The translations under genes and the position numbers were made by a program. 64,000 nt of DNA from an uncultured Acidimicrobiia bacterium (GTDB lineage: Bacteria; Acidobacteriota; Terriglobia; Versatilivoradales; Versatilivoraceae), in assembly GCA_963786955.1 (NCBI GenBank), contig CAWBAT010000005.1, positions 1,440,001 to 1,504,000 on the forward strand. Reading direction: 5' to 3'. Under the pieces are notes generated by a model, which was not told the DNA's origin, did no database searches, and saw nothing but the letters and a program-made list of their open reading frames with translations. How positions within the stretch are numbered: position 1 is the first letter of the stretch; each line of letters opens with the position of its first letter. Shown piece after piece: positions 58,616 through 64,000 of the stretch.

Positions 58616-60855
58616 TCCGGTGCGGTCTCCCCATCGCCTTCAGCCTGATCGATTGTGTCCACGGGTTGCGGAACAATCGGCCCTCCTTCCTCGAGAGGTT
58701 TAAAATCTTCTCGAGGTTTATCTTTCAGGACTTGCTGCATGAAGTCAATCCAGAGTGGAAGTGCGGCTTTGGCGCCCGTTTCCCCTTTTCCAAGTGGTTT
58801 CTTTTGATCGTAGCCAACCCAAACGCCGCAGGTCAATGTAGGAGTAAAGCCAATAAACCAGGCATCGGTGTAATTATTCGTTGTCCCTGTTTTGCCCGCC
58901 ACCGGTCTTCCCAAGATTTTGGCTTTCTGGGCAGTCCCGAAATCAACGACGCCTTGCAAAAGGCCAAGCATGGTTTTCGCGGTTTTCTGAGAAATTACTT
59001 CGCTCACATCTATCAAGTTTTCTTCCTTGGTCTCACCGCTATAATCGGTGACCCTGCGGATGAACCGGGGCAATATCCGCACGCCATCATTAGGGAAAGC
59101 AGAATAAGCTGAGGTCATCTCCAAGAGAGTGATTTCAGCTGAACCCAAAGCCAAGGGTAGATAAGGAGATAGGTTGGGACTCGTTACGCCAAACTTCTTC
59201 ACATATTCTATGCCTTTTTCAACTCCAAACTTACTGAGTAATTTGACCGCCGGGATATTTCGAGATTGCGCGAGGGCACGTCGCAAGGTGATGGCTCCTT
59301 CAAATTTATGGTCATAGTTTTGGGGAGCCCATACTCCTTGGCCACTTGGGAAAGAAATAGGACCGTCAAGAATGGTATCCGTTGGAGACATTCCCTGGTC
59401 GACGGCCATGGTGTAAATAAAAGGTTTGAAAGCCGACCCGGTCTGACGATAAGCCTGAGTCGCGCGATTAAACTTGCTCATTTCAAAATCATAACCGCCG
59501 ACCATTGCTTTGACTTCGCCGTTGGTTGAATCAATGGCCACGAGAGCACCTTGAACTTCCGGGCGTTGATCTAGTTCCACAGACAACTGTTTCTTCGCCG
59601 CATCTACTTTCTTAATCCGGAATAATGCTAGGTCGCCAGGCTTGAAGAGGTCCACCAGCGATTCCCGCCCCGTCCATTGTATCGCGCTGTCCGTTAGCTG
59701 AGCTTCAAAATCACCAAAGCCCACTCGAGCCAGCTTGGGTTTCACTGTCAAAATTAGGCCAGTCATCTGTGCGCCAACTACCTTAGGCTTTTTCCAATCC
59801 TCATGCGTATAGGACAGGAGGGTTGTCCCCTTGCGATTTTGCACATTTTTCAAAACGCCTCTCCATCCGTGACGCTTGTCGAAATTTTCCAGTCCGTGCC
59901 TCACGGCCAGATTGGCCGCCTGTTGCATCTCCAGGTTAAGCGTCGTATAGACGCGTAACCCTCTTTCATTCACCGCTTCAGATCCGTATTTCTGCTCTAG
60001 ATACTTGCGAATCTCTTCTGCGAAATAGGGGGCAAGGGAATTCTGCCGTGAAGAGATTTGCAGAGTTACCGGAGCTCTTTTGGCGGCCTCAGCATCAACC
60101 GGTTTGATTTTCTTTTCCTCGACCATCCGATCCAGCACATAATCCCGGCGAATCCGGGCCCTCTCCGGTTGGGTGATCGGTGAGTAAAGGTGGGCTGTAG
60201 CGGGTAAGGCTGCTAACAATGCAATTTCTTCCAATCTGAGATCTTTCAGGCTCTTGCTGAAATAAAACTGGGAAGCAGCCTCAAACCCATACGTTCCGTG
60301 GCCGAGGAAGAATTGATTACAGTAGAGAGTCAAGATTTGGGACTTCGTGTAGTGTCGCTCGATCTGAATCGTGAACAAAAACTCCTGGAATTTTCGCTTG
60401 AAGCTCTTTTCCGATGTCAGGAAGCAGCGTCGGCTTAATTGCTGGGTCAAGGTGCTGGCTCCTTGTTTTTTCTTCCAGGCCAGCAAATCCTTGAGGGCTG
60501 CCCGCATTAAGCCGCTCAGATCGATTCCCCAATGCGTTTCAAAGTTTTGATCCTCTGCCGAAGTGAGGGCGTCCCGCAGGAGCTTGGGGATTTGGTCGTA
60601 TGTGATGATGATGCGTCGCTCAAGCGCAAAGGTTCCAATGATTCTCCCGTCATCCGAATAAAGTTCCGTAATGACGTTTGGGTGGTAGTCCTCCAGAGTT
60701 CTGACCTCGGGCAAATCGCTCTTATAGACGATTAATAATCCGGCAAACGCACCAATAGCTATCGAACAGAACAGCAAAATGAGGAAGACCAGGGTTCGGA
60801 GAAACTTCTCAGTTGATGTTCGTATGGAAACGGAGGGCATAACTATACCAATCAA
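58612..60855 (-). CDS. mrcA: Class A penicillin-binding protein 1A
   Basis: TM anchor, EDQNF, GASTLTQQL, RKFQE, OB insert, SAFK, SRN and KTG motifs. Confidence 0.92.
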   Translation of the reverse strand: MIGIVMPSVSIRTSTEKFLRTLVFLILLFCSIAIGAFAGLLIVYKSDLPEVRTLEDYHPNVITELYSDDGRIIGTFALERRIIITYDQIPKLLRDALTSAEDQNFETHWGIDLSGLMRAALKDLLAWKKKQGASTLTQQLSRRCFLTSEKSFKRKFQEFLFTIQIERHYTKSQILTLYCNQFFLGHGTYGFEAASQFYFSKSLKDLRLEEIALLAALPATAHLYSPITQPERARIRRDYVLDRMVEEKKIKPVDAEAAKRAPVTLQISSRQNSLAPYFAEEIRKYLEQKYGSEAVNERGLRVYTTLNLEMQQAANLAVRHGLENFDKRHGWRGVLKNVQNRKGTTLLSYTHEDWKKPKVVGAQMTGLILTVKPKLARVGFGDFEAQLTDSAIQWTGRESLVDLFKPGDLALFRIKKVDAAKKQLSVELDQRPEVQGALVAIDSTNGEVKAMVGGYDFEMSKFNRATQAYRQTGSAFKPFIYTMAVDQGMSPTDTILDGPISFPSGQGVWAPQNYDHKFEGAITLRRALAQSRNIPAVKLLSKFGVEKGIEYVKKFGVTSPNLSPYLPLALGSAEITLLEMTSAYSAFPNDGVRILPRFIRRVTDYSGETKEENLIDVSEVISQKTAKTMLGLLQGVVDFGTAQKAKILGRPVAGKTGTTNNYTDAWFIGFTPTLTCGVWVGYDQKKPLGKGETGAKAALPLWIDFMQQVLKDKPREDFKPLEEGGPIVPQPVDTIDQAEGDGETAPE

Positions 60856-61157
60856 TAAATAACAAGAATCAAAACCAAAATAAAGGACAGAATCCCAGAA
60901 ACCGGAGAAAATGCATGGTCTGCATATGAAATTTCAATTGAGTTCTCTTTCGAATCATAGACTTGCCAATTCTTTGGGTTTCTTTTCAACCTCCACCCTT
61001 TTCCAAGAAACAAACTTAATTCACTGTAAAGAATGACTTCACAAGAATAGTTGGCAAGCAATGACGTAATGCGAAAGATTTAAAGTATATAATGGATTGG
61101 CCTTCTCTTTGGAAATTAAGTAATTACAGGCCTGATTAGTGCTGGATGCTAATAAGA

Positions 61158-61195
61158 TTTGACAATATCACACTCAAGTATTATATTTTTTGAGT
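61158..61195 (+). promoter_or_regulatory. Sigma70-type dnaK promoter overlapped by a HAIR-like (HspR) operator
   Basis: TTGACA (61159)-17 bp-TATATT (61182). TTTGACA-N7-ACTCAAG resembles HAIR CTTGAGT-N7-ACTCAAG. An extra TTTGAGT half-site lies at 61189. Confidence 0.6.
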
Positions 61196-61261
61196 CCTAA
61201 TCGATGTGATCCAAGAGTCGCTGAGAAGGATCTTCGTAATACTTCTTGAGAGGAGCGTTAA

Positions 61262-63169
61262 ATGAGCAAGATTATCGGGATTGACCTAGGAACTACGAAC
61301 TCAGTGGTTGCTGTGATGGAGGGAGGGGAACCCATAGTCATTACCAATCCGGAAGGGAGTCGCACAACGCCGTCTGTGGTTGCTTTTACAAAAAGTGGGG
61401 AACGGTTGGTGGGTCAGGTGGCCAAGCGTCAAGCGGTGACAAACCCAGAAAACACCGTTTATTCGATCAAGCGATTCATGGGACGCAAGTACGATGAGGT
61501 CAATGAGGAAATGAAGATCGTCCCTTATCGGGTAGCCAGGGCGACCAATAATGATGCCCGTGTGGTGATCATGGGTAAGGAATACAATCCACCCGAGATT
61601 TCTTCCATGATCTTGCAAAAGATGAAACAGGCAGCAGAGGAATACCTGGGGGAGAAAGTAACCAAGGCTGTAATTACCGTTCCGGCTTATTTCAATGACT
61701 CGCAGAGACAGGCAACCAAGGATGCCGGCAGGGTTGCTGGCTTAGAAGTCTTGCGTATCGTCAATGAGCCTACGGCGGCAGCGCTGGCCTACGGGCTAGA
61801 CAAGAAGAAGGACGAAACGATTGCGGTCTATGACTTCGGTGGAGGAACGTTTGATATCTCAATTCTGGAGGTAGGGGAAGGGGTCGTAGAGGTTAAATCC
61901 ACCAATGGGGATACTCATCTCGGTGGGGACAACATTGATCAGAGAGTGATTGACTGGATTGTGGATGAGTTCATCAAAGATCAAGGCATTGATCTTTCCA
62001 AGGACAAGATGGCGCTACAGCGTCTGAAAGAAGCTGCGGAAAAGGCTAAGATGGAGCTCTCCAGTGTATTGGAGACAGAAGTGAGTCTGCCCTTCATCAC
62101 GGCAGATGCCTCTGGGCCCAGGCATCTGAGCATGAAATTGACACGGGCCAAGTTCGAGACACTCGTAGAAGATATCCTCCAGCGTAGTGCGGCTCCCTGC
62201 AAACAAGCGTTGTCGGATGCTGGAGTGAATCCGGAGGAAATTGACGAAGTGGTGCTTGTTGGCGGATCGACCCGGATTCCCAGAGTTCAGCAGATTGTGC
62301 GCGATCTCTTTAAGAAGGAACCCCACAAGGGAGTTAACCCTGATGAAGTTGTGGCGATCGGGGCTGCCGTTCAAGCTGGAGTACTGGCTGGAGATGTTAA
62401 AGACCTGTTGCTCTTGGATGTCACGCCATTATCTCTCGGGATTGAAACACTGGGGGGTGTTTTCACGAAGCTAATCGAAAGAAATACCACCATCCCGACC
62501 CGGAAGAGCGAGATTTTTTCCACTGCGGCCGATAACCAGACGTCGGTAGAAGTCCATGTCTTGCAGGGAGAGAGGAGCATGTCCAAAGACAATCGGACCT
62601 TAGGCAAATTTCATCTGGTGGGTATTCCCCCGGCCCCGCGTGGGGTGCCTCAAATCGAGGTCACTTTTGATATTGACGCCAACGGCATTGTCAATGTCTC
62701 CGCGAAAGACACGGCAACTTCGAAAGAGCAGAAAATTACGATTACCTCAACCAGTGGTTTGGGTCGGGATGAAATTGACCGGATGACAAAGGACGCCTCG
62801 GCACATGCTGATGAGGACAAGAAATATCGTGAGGAAGTAGAAGCAAAGAACCGCGCCGATACGTTGGTCTACAATACCGAAAAACTCTTAAAAGAAAATC
62901 GGGAAAAGGTAGCTGAGGAGGATGCAAGAGCAATCGAATCCGCTATTGAAGAATGCAAGCGGGCTCTTGTGGAGGGGGGAACCGAACGGATCAACAGCTC
63001 CGTCGACAAGCTCACCGCAGCGACTCATAAGCTTGCAGATGTGCTGTATAAGCAGGCTGGAGCTCAATCAGGTCCTTCGGCGGGGGCGTCAGGTGGTGGT
63101 TCGTCGAGCAGTTCGAAACCTGCTGAGGGTGAGATCATCGACGCAGATTACGACGACGAGAAGAAATAA
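61262..63169 (+). CDS. dnaK: Chaperone DnaK
   Basis: [25 protein letters not shown] and [10 protein letters not shown]. Confidence 0.99.
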   Translation: MSKIIGIDLGTTNSVVAVMEGGEPIVITNPEGSRTTPSVVAFTKSGERLVGQVAKRQAVTNPENTVYSIKRFMGRKYDEVNEEMKIVPYRVARATNNDARVVIMGKEYNPPEISSMILQKMKQAAEEYLGEKVTKAVITVPAYFNDSQRQATKDAGRVAGLEVLRIVNEPTAAALAYGLDKKKDETIAVYDFGGGTFDISILEVGEGVVEVKSTNGDTHLGGDNIDQRVIDWIVDEFIKDQGIDLSKDKMALQRLKEAAEKAKMELSSVLETEVSLPFITADASGPRHLSMKLTRAKFETLVEDILQRSAAPCKQALSDAGVNPEEIDEVVLVGGSTRIPRVQQIVRDLFKKEPHKGVNPDEVVAIGAAVQAGVLAGDVKDLLLLDVTPLSLGIETLGGVFTKLIERNTTIPTRKSEIFSTAADNQTSVEVHVLQGERSMSKDNRTLGKFHLVGIPPAPRGVPQIEVTFDIDANGIVNVSAKDTATSKEQKITITSTSGLGRDEIDRMTKDASAHADEDKKYREEVEAKNRADTLVYNTEKLLKENREKVAEEDARAIESAIEECKRALVEGGTERINSSVDKLTAATHKLADVLYKQAGAQSGPSAGASGGGSSSSSKPAEGEIIDADYDDEKK

Positions 63170-63173
63170 CTCC

Positions 63174-63219
63174 GAAGAGAGGCTGCATGCAGGTTTAGTT
63201 CTTGCTGCGGCCTCTTTTC
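63174..63219 (+). terminator. Stem-loop / possible intrinsic terminator after dnaK
   Basis: GAAGAGAGGCTGCA...TGCGGCCTCTTTTC inverted repeat. Confidence 0.5.
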
Positions 63220-63338
63220 AAATAGGATTGCCGGATGGGATTGCGTGTTCGATGGAATAACGGCCCATTCAGTAAACCACGAAAAAAAAAACCTCTTTAA
63301 AATCTTCCGGTCTGTAAGGCTGTTTACTAAACAAAAGT

Positions 63339-64000
63339 ATGGCGAACGAGAACTATTACCAGATCCTGGAGGTTTCCAGAAAAGCCTCTGCGGACACGAT
63401 CAAGAAGGCCTATCGTAAGCTGGCTCGTAAACATCACCCCGATGTGAATCCGGGAGATAAACAGGCCGAGGAGAGGTTTAAGAAGATTTCTGAGGCGTAT
63501 GAGGTCTTGAGTGATCCAAAGAAGCGCGAAGTCTACGATACGTATGGGACATATTCTGAAAACTTCCGGGCGGCAACGGGTCCTCAAGGGCCTCATGTGG
63601 ATTTCGAAGGCTTCGACTTCTCAAATTTGGGGGGGGCGGGCTTCGGTGACATTTTTTCTCAGCTCTTTGGAGGGAATCGTGCGACACAACGCGCACAAAA
63701 AGGGGATGACTTAGAGTACCAGGTTTCGATAAACTTTAACGACGCGCTCAAGGGGTTACAGACGCGCATCAGTTACACTCGGCGCGAAGTCTGCCCTTCC
63801 TGTCAGGGGAAAAGAGTGCGCAGCGACGGAAAGAGCCAGGGATGCCTGTATTGTCATGGAACGGGTAAGGTCGAGCAACTCAAGGGCCGGATGCGATTCA
63901 TGACTTCCTGCTCGCATTGCGGAGGGAGTGGTTCAACGGCAACAAATTGCACGGAGTGTCATGGGGAAGGGCGAAAACCGGTGTCGGAGAGTTTGGAGAT
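63339..64000 (+). CDS. dnaJ: Chaperone DnaJ (runs off the window end)
   Basis: [21 protein letters not shown]-domain, G/F region and CxxCxGxG repeats ([30 protein letters not shown]). Confidence 0.95.
   Translation, partial: MANENYYQILEVSRKASADTIKKAYRKLARKHHPDVNPGDKQAEERFKKISEAYEVLSDPKKREVYDTYGTYSENFRAATGPQGPHVDFEGFDFSNLGGAGFGDIFSQLFGGNRATQRAQKGDDLEYQVSINFNDALKGLQTRISYTRREVCPSCQGKRVRSDGKSQGCLYCHGTGKVEQLKGRMRFMTSCSHCGGSGSTATNCTECHGEGRKPVSESLE

Noticed and set aside
61167-61200. CIRCE element (ATCACACTC...GAGTCCTAA)
   Set aside because: The half-sites are 16 bp apart rather than 9, and the left half is poor.
63270-63335. c-di-GMP-I riboswitch-like words (GTAAACC...GAAA, CCGGTCTGTAAGG) before dnaJ
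   Set aside because: It lacks the GACGCAAAG junction and proper paired stems, and the A10 run breaks the fold.
1-64000. CRISPR array, rRNA/tRNA, prophage, retron/RT or known anti-phage system
   Set aside because: By eye I found no regularly spaced repeats with spacers, no tRNA cloverleafs, and no phage, RT or defence-nuclease motifs.

Overview
Bacterial chromosomal window of roughly 50-55% GC, from a diderm organism (porin, heptose adenylyltransferase). Gene content and repeats look Acidobacteriota-like, which is an inference only. It is mostly housekeeping. (1) 0.2-13.3 kb: a phosphate-starvation island with a secreted metallophosphoesterase, ppk1, a single-domain receiver, phoU-pstBACS, an outer-membrane porin and an orphan PhoB-like regulator. 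Five promoters in it carry 11-bp-periodic Pho-box-like arrays. (2) A GH39 glycosidase abutting a 5'-truncated IS630. (3) Rieske, GT2, hydrolase, M28 peptidase, larB, ubiX, a MqnP-like prenyltransferase, ggt, TPR and dus. (4) pdhABC-lpdA. (5) Assorted enzymes. (6) rfaE2, mfd, a SurA-like PPIase, an S4 protein and an unknown TPR/Pro-rich/Zn-ribbon protein. (7) A tightly packed lexA-dinB-cca-mutM operon with a divergent Nudix gene. (8) GT4 and PBP1A. (9) dnaK-dnaJ (partial) with a HAIR-like operator. Several REP/REPIN-like palindromic elements occur between genes. Genes in the first 3.6 kb and the PPIase are frameshifted, most simply through sequencing indels. I saw no rRNA, tRNA, CRISPR array, prophage or recognisable defence system. 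I found no unambiguous novel system. The best candidates are the LexA-headed DNA+RNA repair operon, the extended Pho regulon with its uncharacterised phosphatase and porin, and the TPR/Zn-ribbon protein.
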